Part shown: positions 1 through 7,150 of the stretch, piece by piece
Layout of the letters: every line of letters begins with the position of its first letter
Numbering within the stretch: position 1 is the stretch's first letter
NCBI GenBank assembly: GCA_035313645.1
Contig: DATGAF010000023.1
Coordinates: 40,625 to 72,624 of the forward strand
Direction of reading: 5' to 3'
Length of the DNA stretch: 32,000 nucleotides
Origin: Solirubrobacterales bacterium
GTDB lineage: Bacteria > Actinomycetota > Thermoleophilia > Solirubrobacterales > 70-9
Position numbers and translations under genes: made by a program
Notes under the pieces: model-generated
The model's database searches: none
Seen by the model: only the letters and a program-made list of their open reading frames with translations
What the model was told of the DNA's origin: nothing

Positions 1-13
1 GTGGCCCGCGCAC

Positions 14-1522
14 TTGGCGAACTGCGACGGGCCGGTCGTCGCAATTCGCCGATCGCCGTCACTCTGGAACGATCCCCCGGTGGCGCAAGCGAACCGAAGT
101 CCCAGCATCGACGTCGCCGAGATCCTCGCCACCCGTGCGCAGGAGGCCTCGAGGCTCCACGAGCGGCACCTGAACCGGCAGTTCGTGCGGGTGCTGCGGA
201 CGATCGGGTTCGAGCGGACGTGGGTTCGCGGGGAGGGGGCGTATCTGGTCGATTCCGCCGGCGAGCGCTATCTGGACCTCCTGACGGGCTACGGCGTCTT
301 CGCCCTGGGGCGAAACCCCCCCGCGGTCAGGCAGCAGCTCGAGCGCGTGCTCGAGGCGGGGACGGCGAGCCTGCCGCAGCTCGGGGTCACGGTGCTCCCC
401 GGGGTGCTGGCGGAGGAGCTCCTGCGCCGCGCCCCGAGCTCGGTGGAGACCGCTCTCCTCACCAACTCGGGCGCCGAGTCCGTGGAGGGGGCGATCAAGA
501 TGGCGCGAGCGGCCACCGGCCGTCCCAGGGTCGTCTACTGCGAGCACGGCTTCCACGGCCTGACGATGGGGGCCCTGTCGGTGAACGGGAACCCCGAGTT
601 CCGGGAGCGCTTCGGGCCCTTCCTGCCCCGCTGCGACGCGGTCCCGTTCGGGGACCTAGAGGCGCTCGAGCGGGAGCTCGAGCGCGGCGACGTCGCGATG
701 TTCCTGGTGGAGCCGGTGCAGGGAAAGGGCGTGGTGATCCCCGAGCCCGGCTTCCTGCCCGGCGCCCAGGAGCTGTGCAGGCGCCACGGGGCGCTTCTCT
801 GCGTCGACGAGATCCAGACGGGTCTCGGCAGGACCGGGCGCTTCCTGGCGCTCGAGCACTGGGAGCTCGAGCCGGACCTGATCCTGGTCTCCAAGGCGCT
901 TTCGGGCGGCTACGTGCCGGTGGGCGCGATCCTCGCCTCCCGCGCCGTCTTCGACGCCGTCTTCGACTCGATGGAGCGCTCGGTGGCCCACGGGTCGACC
1001 TTCGGCCAGAACGACCTCGCGGCCGCCGCCGCGCTGGCGACGCTGGCCGAGATCGACGACGCCGGGCTCGTCGAGCGCGCCAGGGCGCGCGGGGATCGGC
1101 TGCTCGAGCTGACCCGTCCGCTGGCCGAGCGCCACGAGGTGGTCCGCGACGTCCGGGGGCTCGGGTTGATGTGGGCGATCGAGCTCGGCCCGCCGAGCGG
1201 GCGGGCCGCCCGGCGCATCTGGGACTCCGTCGAGCGCCGCCAGCCCGGGCTCGCGGCCCAGCTCGTGGTGGTGCCGCTGTTTCGCGACCATCGCATCCTC
1301 ACCCAGGTCGCCGGGCACCGGATGAACGTGATCAAGGCGCTTCCTGCCCTGGTGGTGGAGGAAGAGGACATCGAACGGTTCGCCGCGGCCCTGGATCAGG
1401 TGATCGGCGGGTTCGAGTCGCTCGGCCGCTCGATGGCGCGCCTCACCGTCGGGATGGCCTGGCGAAGCCTCGCCCGAAAGCCCAGGCCCACGGGCCTGGC
1501 GCCGCCCGCGGAGACGGCTTGA
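14..1522 (+). CDS. hpnO: Class-III PLP-dependent aminotransferase (ornithine/acetylornithine/GABA type). Probably the hopanoid side-chain aminotransferase HpnO.
   Basis: Full-length class-III aminotransferase look: 'TNSGAESVEGAIKMAR', 'FLVEPVQGKGVVIP', 'DEIQTGLGRTGRF', and the PLP-lysine context 'LILVSKALSGGYVPVG'. It converges on hpnH with 3 nt between the stops, inside a hopanoid locus. The start is uncertain: TTG at 14, an in-frame GTG at 80, and the frame is open to the window edge. The HpnO assignment rests on context, not sequence. Confidence 0.8.
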   Translation: MANCDGPVVAIRRSPSLWNDPPVAQANRSPSIDVAEILATRAQEASRLHERHLNRQFVRVLRTIGFERTWVRGEGAYLVDSAGERYLDLLTGYGVFALGRNPPAVRQQLERVLEAGTASLPQLGVTVLPGVLAEELLRRAPSSVETALLTNSGAESVEGAIKMARAATGRPRVVYCEHGFHGLTMGALSVNGNPEFRERFGPFLPRCDAVPFGDLEALERELERGDVAMFLVEPVQGKGVVIPEPGFLPGAQELCRRHGALLCVDEIQTGLGRTGRFLALEHWELEPDLILVSKALSGGYVPVGAILASRAVFDAVFDSMERSVAHGSTFGQNDLAAAAALATLAEIDDAGLVERARARGDRLLELTRPLAERHEVVRDVRGLGLMWAIELGPPSGRAARRIWDSVERRQPGLAAQLVVVPLFRDHRILTQVAGHRMNVIKALPALVVEEEDIERFAAALDQVIGGFESLGRSMARLTVGMAWRSLARKPRPTGLAPPAETA

Positions 1523-1525
1523 GCG

Positions 1526-2530
1526 CTACTGGCTCAGCGCGGCCCGCAGGGACTGCTTGAACGACCTCGTCGTGGCCATCACCGCGGTCGGCTCGTAGCC
1601 GCAGTGGGCCATGCAGTTGTCGCAGCGCGGGTCGCGCCCGCGACCGTACTTCTCCCATTCGGTTGTCTCGACGAGCTCCTTGTACGTCTTGGCGTAGCCG
1701 TCCGCCATCAGGTAGCACGGCCGCTGCCAGCCGAACACCGAGTAGCTCGGAATTCCCCACGCGGTGCACTGGAAGTCGACCTTGCCCTCGAGGAAGTCGA
1801 GGAACAGCGGCGTGTGGTTGAGGCGCCAGCGCTTGCGCCCCCCGTCGGCGAACACCGCCTTGAACAGCTCCCGCGTCTGCTTGACGCCGAGGAAGTGGTC
1901 CTGGTCGGGCGCCTTCTCGTACGCGTAGGCCGGTGAGATCATCATCTGGTCGACCTCGAGCTCGTCGTTGATGAAGTCCAGCACCTGGCGGACCGTGTCG
2001 GGCGAGTCGTGGGTGAAGAAGGTCGTATTGGTCGTCACCCGGAACCCCCGCTCCTTCGCCGCATGGATCGCCGAGACGGCCTTGTCGAACACGCCCTCGC
2101 GGCAGACCGAGGCGTCGTGTCGCTCGCGCATCCCGTCGAGGTGGATCGCCCACGCGAAGTAGGGGGAGGGCTCGAAGAGGTCGAGCTTGCGCTCCATCAG
2201 AATCGCGTTCGTGCACAGGTAGACGAACCTCTTGCGCCGGACGAGCTCGTTGGCGATCTCGTCGATCTCCGGGTGGATCAGCGGCTCGCCGCCGGCGATC
2301 GAGACCATCGGCGCGCCGCTCTCCTCGATCGCCTCGAGCGCCTGGTCAACCGGCATCCGGCGGCGCAGCACGTGGTCGGGGTGCTGGATCTTCCCGCAGC
2401 CCGCGCACGCCAGGTTGCACTGGTAGAGCGGCTCGAGCTCGACCAGCAGCGGGAACTTCTCCCGCCTCGCCAGCCGCTGCCGGGCGAGGTAGGTCGCGGT
2501 GCGAACGCTCTGCCTCAGAGGGACGGCCAT
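1526..2530 (-). CDS. hpnH: Hopanoid biosynthesis radical-SAM protein HpnH (adenosylhopane synthase)
   Basis: Radical-SAM CxxxCxxC motif 'CNLACAGCG' near the N-terminus. Also 'SIAGGEPLIHPEI' and a C-terminal Cys cluster 'CDNCMAHCGYEP'. Length (334 aa) and overall sequence are typical of HpnH. It is the last gene of the co-directional hpn string. Confidence 0.92.
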   Translation of the reverse strand: MAVPLRQSVRTATYLARQRLARREKFPLLVELEPLYQCNLACAGCGKIQHPDHVLRRRMPVDQALEAIEESGAPMVSIAGGEPLIHPEIDEIANELVRRKRFVYLCTNAILMERKLDLFEPSPYFAWAIHLDGMRERHDASVCREGVFDKAVSAIHAAKERGFRVTTNTTFFTHDSPDTVRQVLDFINDELEVDQMMISPAYAYEKAPDQDHFLGVKQTRELFKAVFADGGRKRWRLNHTPLFLDFLEGKVDFQCTAWGIPSYSVFGWQRPCYLMADGYAKTYKELVETTEWEKYGRGRDPRCDNCMAHCGYEPTAVMATTRSFKQSLRAALSQ

Positions 2531-2537
2531 TCGCGAA

Positions 2538-4049
2538 TCATCTCAGGTCGGCGGGCGCACTGAAGGTCACGTCCTCGCTCACGCCCGGAAGCTCGCTGAC
2601 CTCGACCGGCCCCAACGCCTCCAGCGCCCGAACGACGTCCTGGACGACGCGCTCCGGCGCCGAGGCCCCCGCGGTGATCCCCACGACCCGGGCGCCGCCG
2701 AGCCAGCCCGGATCGAGGTCCCCGATCCCGTCCACGAGGCGCGCCCGACACCCTGCTCGCTCGGCCACCTCGACGAGCCGCATCGAGTTCGACGAGTTGG
2801 ACGACCCGACGACGATGATCCGATCGCACGCCGGGGCCATCGCGCGCACGGCGTCCTGGCGGTTCTGGGTCGCGTAGCAGATGTCGTCGGTGCGCGGCCC
2901 GGCCAATGCCGGAAACCGCTCGCGCAGCGTCTCGACGACCCCGTCGGTCTCGTCGACGGCGAGCGTCGTCTGCGTCAGGTAGGCAACCCGTCCGGGATCC
3001 TCCACCTGGACCTCGCGGGCATCGCGCTCGTCCGCGAGCAGGCGGATCGATCCCGGCGCCTCGCCGACCGTCCCCTCGATCTCGTCGTGGCCGGCGTGCC
3101 CGATGAGCATGATCGTGTAGCCGTCCCGCGCGAACCTCCGCGCCTCGGCGTGGACTTTGCTCACCAGCGGACAGGTGGCGTCGATCACCCGCAGGCCTCG
3201 CCGCCGCGCCGCCTGGCGCACCCCCGGGGAGACGCCATGGGCGGAGAACACGAGCCGCGCTCCAGCCGGGACCTCGTCGACCTCGTCGACGAAGACGACC
3301 CCCCGGGCCGCGAGCTCACCCACCACGTGGCTGTTATGGACGATCTGCCTGCGGACGTAGACGGGCGGGCCGTAGCGGGCGAGCGCCCGCTCGACGACGT
3401 CGATCGCCCGTTCCACGCCCGCGCAGGAGGCGCGCGGATTCGCGAGCACGATCTGGCGCGGCTGGGCGGCCGCGCTCCACTCCGAGAGAACCGCCGCGGC
3501 GCGGCCGAGCGCTCGGAACGCCCGCAGGGAGCCCGTTACGGTCGCGAGCGGCCGCCGCAGCTCGCGCTTCGGAGTGTCGACTATGGCGCGAACCACCGCC
3601 CAGGGGCGCCCGGCGAGGCCGGGAGCGATCCAGGCCGACTCCATGTCGACGGCGAGCGCGCCGGTGGCCGCGAGCCGCGCCCTTTCGGCGCCGGTCACGA
3701 TCCGCGGCGCCGACGCAAGCGGGCCGGCGTGGACCCGAAAGCCGGCCCGGCGGAGCATCGAGGCGACGAGCCCCGCAGCGTCGCATCGAACCGGCTCGCC
3801 CGCGCCCCGGACCTCCGTCGCCACAACGATGTCGCCGGGGGCGAGCTCCGGCTGCAGCGCGCCGGCGAACCCGCAGACCGCCACCGCGTTCCCGGGCAGG
3901 TGCGCGGCGCGGGCGGCGGCGCGTCGCGAGCGGCGAGGCCCGATTCCGGTGCGAACGACGCTCGCCCCGGGCGCCCCACGACGAAGCGCGCGCGCCTCGA
4001 TGCCGAGCGGTGCCAGGAGCAGCAGACCCTCCCCCGAGCGCGAGCTCAA
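2538..4049 (-). CDS. Fusion protein: N-terminal HpnG-like purine-nucleoside-phosphorylase-fold nucleosidase joined to a C-terminal complete IspH/LytB (HMBPP reductase)
   Basis: A single stop-free frame runs from 4148 down to 2538.
- **Nucleosidase half (about nt 3459-4049):** 'LLLLAPLGIEARAL', 'GFAGALQPELAPGDIVVATEV', 'LAVDMESAWIA'.
- **IspH half (about nt 2538-3458):** 'RQIVLANPRASCAGVERAI', 'DATCPLVSKVH', 'DDICYATQNRQ', 'VVGSSNSSNS'. All three Fe-S cysteines are present.
- **Start:** I chose the TTG at 4049 because it overlaps the hpnE stop (cTTGA). The ATG at 4148 would overlap hpnE by about 100 nt. Confidence 0.85.
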   Translation of the reverse strand: MSSRSGEGLLLLAPLGIEARALRRGAPGASVVRTGIGPRRSRRAAARAAHLPGNAVAVCGFAGALQPELAPGDIVVATEVRGAGEPVRCDAAGLVASMLRRAGFRVHAGPLASAPRIVTGAERARLAATGALAVDMESAWIAPGLAGRPWAVVRAIVDTPKRELRRPLATVTGSLRAFRALGRAAAVLSEWSAAAQPRQIVLANPRASCAGVERAIDVVERALARYGPPVYVRRQIVHNSHVVGELAARGVVFVDEVDEVPAGARLVFSAHGVSPGVRQAARRRGLRVIDATCPLVSKVHAEARRFARDGYTIMLIGHAGHDEIEGTVGEAPGSIRLLADERDAREVQVEDPGRVAYLTQTTLAVDETDGVVETLRERFPALAGPRTDDICYATQNRQDAVRAMAPACDRIIVVGSSNSSNSMRLVEVAERAGCRARLVDGIGDLDPGWLGGARVVGITAGASAPERVVQDVVRALEALGPVEVSELPGVSEDVTFSAPADLR

Positions 4050-5389
4050 GCCACCGCCTCCGCGACCCGCGCCGGAGGCGGTGCCCCGAGCGCCTCCCGC
4101 GCGGCCGCCAGGCCGCTCCTGACCGCCCCCTCCATCGTCGCCGGCCACCCCGTGTCGGTCCAGGCGCCCGCGAGCGCGAGCCCCGGCACGCCCGTTCTGG
4201 CGCGGGGCCGAAGCCCTGCGACGCCCGGCGCGGCGCGAAACGTCGCGGCGTGCTCGCGGGTCACCTCGAACCGCTCGACGCCTGCCCCGCGGGCGCGCGG
4301 AAACAGCTCGGCGAGCGCCGGCAGAAACCGCCGCCGGAGCTGGTCACCGCTCATCCGGCTCTCGCGCTCCGCGCCCGAGATCGAGACGGCGAGGTACTGC
4401 CCATCGGCCGCGCGGGCGGCACGGGTGCGGTCGAACACCCACTGCACCGGGCTTCGAACGGCGGCCGCGAACTCCAGGTCCGTCACCCGCCGGTCGTACA
4501 GGACGTGGAGATTCACGATCGGGGACGCACCGAGGCGGTCGAGGCGGGAGGGCTCCTCGAGGGCCCCAGGGGGCAGGAGAGAGGCCGCGCGCCGGTGTGG
4601 GACCGCCAGGATCACCGCATCCGACTCGACGCTCTCGTCGCGGCTCTCGACGGCCAACGTGCGCCCCGGGAGGGCCTCGATCCGCTCGGCCCGCCACCCG
4701 AGGTGGATCGCCACCCCAGCGGCCCGCAGGGCGCGCTCGGCCGGCTCGCCGTGCACCGAGGACAGCGGCAGCCTCGCGAAGCCGACGTCGCCGGACGCGG
4801 CATCGTGCAGGAGGCCCGTCTGGAAGACGAACGCCGCCATCGCCAGCGAGGCCTCTGCGGCGGGCAGGTTCAGGGTCGGAAGGGCGATCAGGTTCCAAAG
4901 CGCCTCGAGCTCACGCGGTCCCTGCCCCTGGGCGGCCAGCCAGTCACCGAAGGTCCGCTCGTCGAGCGAGGCGTCGTCGAGGCCGAGGCGCGAGAGCCGG
5001 AGCGCCGCGCGGGCGGCTCGGGCACGCCCGCCCGCCGACAGATGGCCGTAGCGGGCGAGCGCGGGAGCGAGGTGAAGCGGGGCGGGCAGCGCCGATCGCC
5101 GCAGCCACTCGATTCGCCCTCCGGGGGCGAGCACCGGGATCGCCAGGCGCCGCTGGAGGACCGTCGCCGAATCGCTGCCCAGCCGCGCGAGCAGCGCCCG
5201 GTAGGCGGTACAGCAGCGCAGGAAGACGTGCTGCCCGTTGTCGAGCACCATCCCGTCGCGTTCGAACGAATACGCCGCGCCCCCGAGCCGCGGGCGAACC
5301 TCGACCAGCGTCGGCTTCGCGCCCGCGTCCGCGCAGGCGAGGGCCGCCGAGATGCCGGCCAGGCCTCCGCCCACGACGGTGACGCGCAT
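4046..5389 (-). CDS. hpnE: FAD-dependent hydroxysqualene dehydroxylase HpnE (amine-oxidase/phytoene-desaturase family)
   Basis: N-terminal dinucleotide-binding motif 'MRVTVVGGGLAGISAALACADAG', then 'EVRPRLGGAAYSF' and 'DNGQHVFLRCCTAY'. The ATG at 5389 lies 5 nt after the hpnD stop. The longer track ORF (to 5674) would overlap hpnD and translates to low-complexity sequence. Confidence 0.88.
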   Translation of the reverse strand: MRVTVVGGGLAGISAALACADAGAKPTLVEVRPRLGGAAYSFERDGMVLDNGQHVFLRCCTAYRALLARLGSDSATVLQRRLAIPVLAPGGRIEWLRRSALPAPLHLAPALARYGHLSAGGRARAARAALRLSRLGLDDASLDERTFGDWLAAQGQGPRELEALWNLIALPTLNLPAAEASLAMAAFVFQTGLLHDAASGDVGFARLPLSSVHGEPAERALRAAGVAIHLGWRAERIEALPGRTLAVESRDESVESDAVILAVPHRRAASLLPPGALEEPSRLDRLGASPIVNLHVLYDRRVTDLEFAAAVRSPVQWVFDRTRAARAADGQYLAVSISGAERESRMSGDQLRRRFLPALAELFPRARGAGVERFEVTREHAATFRAAPGVAGLRPRARTGVPGLALAGAWTDTGWPATMEGAVRSGLAAAREALGAPPPARVAEAVA

Positions 5390-5394
5390 CTCGC

Positions 5395-6228
5395 TCACGT
5401 CCCGACCCCGGCCAGGCTCCGCGCCGCTACCCACGCCTTCTCCCAGGCCGGCAGGGAGACCCGGCGCCGCAGCACCTCGCCCGGGTCGCGATCGATCTGG
5501 GTCAGGATCCTGCGATAGATGCCGGTCATCGCCTGCACGCAGGCCCCCGAGCGGGAATCCAGCAGCGGCAGCAGCTTCAGCCCCCGATCGAACCACTCGC
5601 GGTCCCGCGACGCCTGAAACCTGATCAACGCGGCGGCGTTCTGCGGCGGCGAGTCGGCGAGGTCCTCTCTGCACCCGAAGGCCTCCAGGTCCTCGACGGG
5701 CAGGTAGACGCGGCCTCGCTCGTAGTCCTCCCTGACGTCTCGAAGGATGTTCGTGAGCTGCATCGCCACGCCGAGGTCGTCCGCGAGCGCCGCGCCCGCG
5801 GTCACGTCCCGGGCCCCGAAGATCGCGACGCAGAGGCGGCCGATCGAGCCCGCCACCGCGCGGCAGTAGACGACGAGCTCGTCGAAGCGCTCGAAGCGCG
5901 GCCCGACGACGTCGGTCTCGACGCCGTCCAGGAGGTCGGTCAGCGCACCTTCGGGGAGCTTGAAGCGTCGCCGAGCGTCGCCGAGCGCCACGGCGATCGG
6001 CTCCCCGGACGGATGGGAGAGCGACTCACGGACCGACCGCAGCTCAGCCAGTTTGCGCTCGGGCGGCAGCCCCCCATCACCGATGTCGTCGACGCGACGG
6101 GCGAACGCGTACACCGCGCACATCGCGCGGCGCTTATCGGCCGGCAGCAGCCGGATCCCGTAGAAGAAGTTTGCCGCCGCGTCCCGGGTGACGCGCTCGC
6201 AGTATCGGTAGGCCTCCCTGGTCTCCAT
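5395..6228 (-). CDS. hpnD: Presqualene diphosphate synthase HpnD (squalene/phytoene synthase family)
   Basis: 'ANFFYGIRLLPADKRRAM'. Asp-rich motifs 'FARRVDDIGDG' and 'NILRDVREDYERGRVYLP'. 277 aa. One nt separates its ATG from the hpnC stop. Confidence 0.88.
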   Translation of the reverse strand: METREAYRYCERVTRDAAANFFYGIRLLPADKRRAMCAVYAFARRVDDIGDGGLPPERKLAELRSVRESLSHPSGEPIAVALGDARRRFKLPEGALTDLLDGVETDVVGPRFERFDELVVYCRAVAGSIGRLCVAIFGARDVTAGAALADDLGVAMQLTNILRDVREDYERGRVYLPVEDLEAFGCREDLADSPPQNAAALIRFQASRDREWFDRGLKLLPLLDSRSGACVQAMTGIYRRILTQIDRDPGEVLRRRVSLPAWEKAWVAARSLAGVGT

Positions 6229-6229
6229 C

Positions 6230-7150
6230 TCAGCCCCGAAGCGCCGCCCGGGCGGTGCGCAGCGATCCGACGACCCGCGCCCACCACGAGGGATGCGGCG
6301 GGCCGTTCGCGACGTCGTAGCCGGCGCGCTCGATCGCCTCGAGCGCGGACCGGCCCCCGGCGACGAATGCGGCCACGGCGAGCGTGGGGCGACCGCGGAG
6401 CCGGCGAATCAGGGGGGCGCCGCGGTCGAGGAGCCGACGGGCGCGCTCGACCTCGAACGCGATCAGCGCGCGCACCCGCTCCGGCGTCGGCTCGATCCCG
6501 AGCTCGTCGGCGCTGCAGCCGAACCTTGCGAGGTCCTCCCGCGGCATGTACACGCGCCCGCGATCGAGGTCCTCCCGTATGTCCTGGATGTGCTCGGTCA
6601 CCTGGAGGCCGCTGCAGACGGCGTCGGACAGCTCGATTCGATCCGGGGTGGCGGCCGCGAACACTCGAAGCACCATGCGGCCGACGGGGTCGGCGGAGAG
6701 CGCACAGTAGTCGAGGAGATCGTCGAAAGTCTCGTAGCCGCGCACGACCTGGTCGCGCCGATTCGCCTCGACCAGGCGATGGAGCGGCTCGGGTGAGATC
6801 CCGTGCTCGCGCACGACCGCCGCGATCCGCCGCATCGCGGGATGGTGAGCCTCGCCGCCGGCGTAGATGCGATCGATCTCCTCGTCGATCGCGTCGAGCA
6901 GCGAGAGCCGGTCACCCGCGGCCTCGTCGCCGACGTCGTCGACCAGGCGAGCGAAGCCGTAGATCGCCAGCAGGGCATCGCGGGATCGCCTGGGGAGTAG
7001 ACGTGAGGCGACGGGGAAGTTCTCGGCGCCCGCCTGCTGCATCACCTCCTCGAGCTCCGGCAGCCGGCCGCCGGGCGGTCTTTCGAAGGCCGCGCTCCGA
7101 GACCTCGCGGCGTCCGGCGCGGCTGGGTTCACCGGCTCATCCCGGCTCAC
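6230..7150 (-). CDS. hpnC: Hydroxysqualene synthase HpnC (squalene/phytoene synthase family)
   Basis: Diagnostic 'ENFPVASRLLP'. Asp-rich motifs 'ARLVDDVGDE' and 'IQDIREDLDRGRVYMP'. The start is ambiguous: GTG at 7150 (14-nt overlap with shc), GTG at 7132 (4 nt after the shc stop), or the internal 'MQQAGAENF'. Confidence 0.85.
   Translation of the reverse strand: MSRDEPVNPAAPDAARSRSAAFERPPGGRLPELEEVMQQAGAENFPVASRLLPRRSRDALLAIYGFARLVDDVGDEAAGDRLSLLDAIDEEIDRIYAGGEAHHPAMRRIAAVVREHGISPEPLHRLVEANRRDQVVRGYETFDDLLDYCALSADPVGRMVLRVFAAATPDRIELSDAVCSGLQVTEHIQDIREDLDRGRVYMPREDLARFGCSADELGIEPTPERVRALIAFEVERARRLLDRGAPLIRRLRGRPTLAVAAFVAGGRSALEAIERAGYDVANGPPHPSWWARVVGSLRTARAALRG

Noticed and set aside
4050-4148. 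The ATG at 4148 as the start of the hpnG::ispH fusion gene.
   Set aside because: It would overlap hpnE by about 100 nt and add a Gly/Arg-rich tail ('MAGDDGGGGQERPGGRAGGARG...'). The TTG at 4049, which overlaps the hpnE stop, fits the coupling pattern of the rest of the operon. I cannot exclude the ATG without experimental data.
2499-5051. An 850-aa plus-strand ORF spanning the hpnG::ispH and hpnE region. Similar antisense or off-frame ORFs are 1..1560 (+), 6013..7200 (+), 7203..8261 (+), 8017..8925 (-) and 8337..9125 (+).
   Set aside because: The translations are Arg/Pro/Ala/Gly-rich low complexity with no motifs. They lie opposite to, or out of frame with, genes that have unmistakable family signatures. 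Long stop-free shadow frames of this kind are expected in very GC-rich DNA.
5390-5674. Upstream extension of the hpnE ORF (track start 5674). Analogous extensions are the GGCT-like ORF (16831..17436), the hypothetical gene (22990..23592), the MFS gene (26417..27001), the lipoprotein gene (26801..26899), the DUF59 gene (25776..25850) and the orphan gene (25297..25398).
   Set aside because: Each extension overlaps a well-supported neighbouring gene and encodes low-complexity sequence. In each case an internal start sits right at the end of the neighbour, and the family-typical N-terminus begins there.
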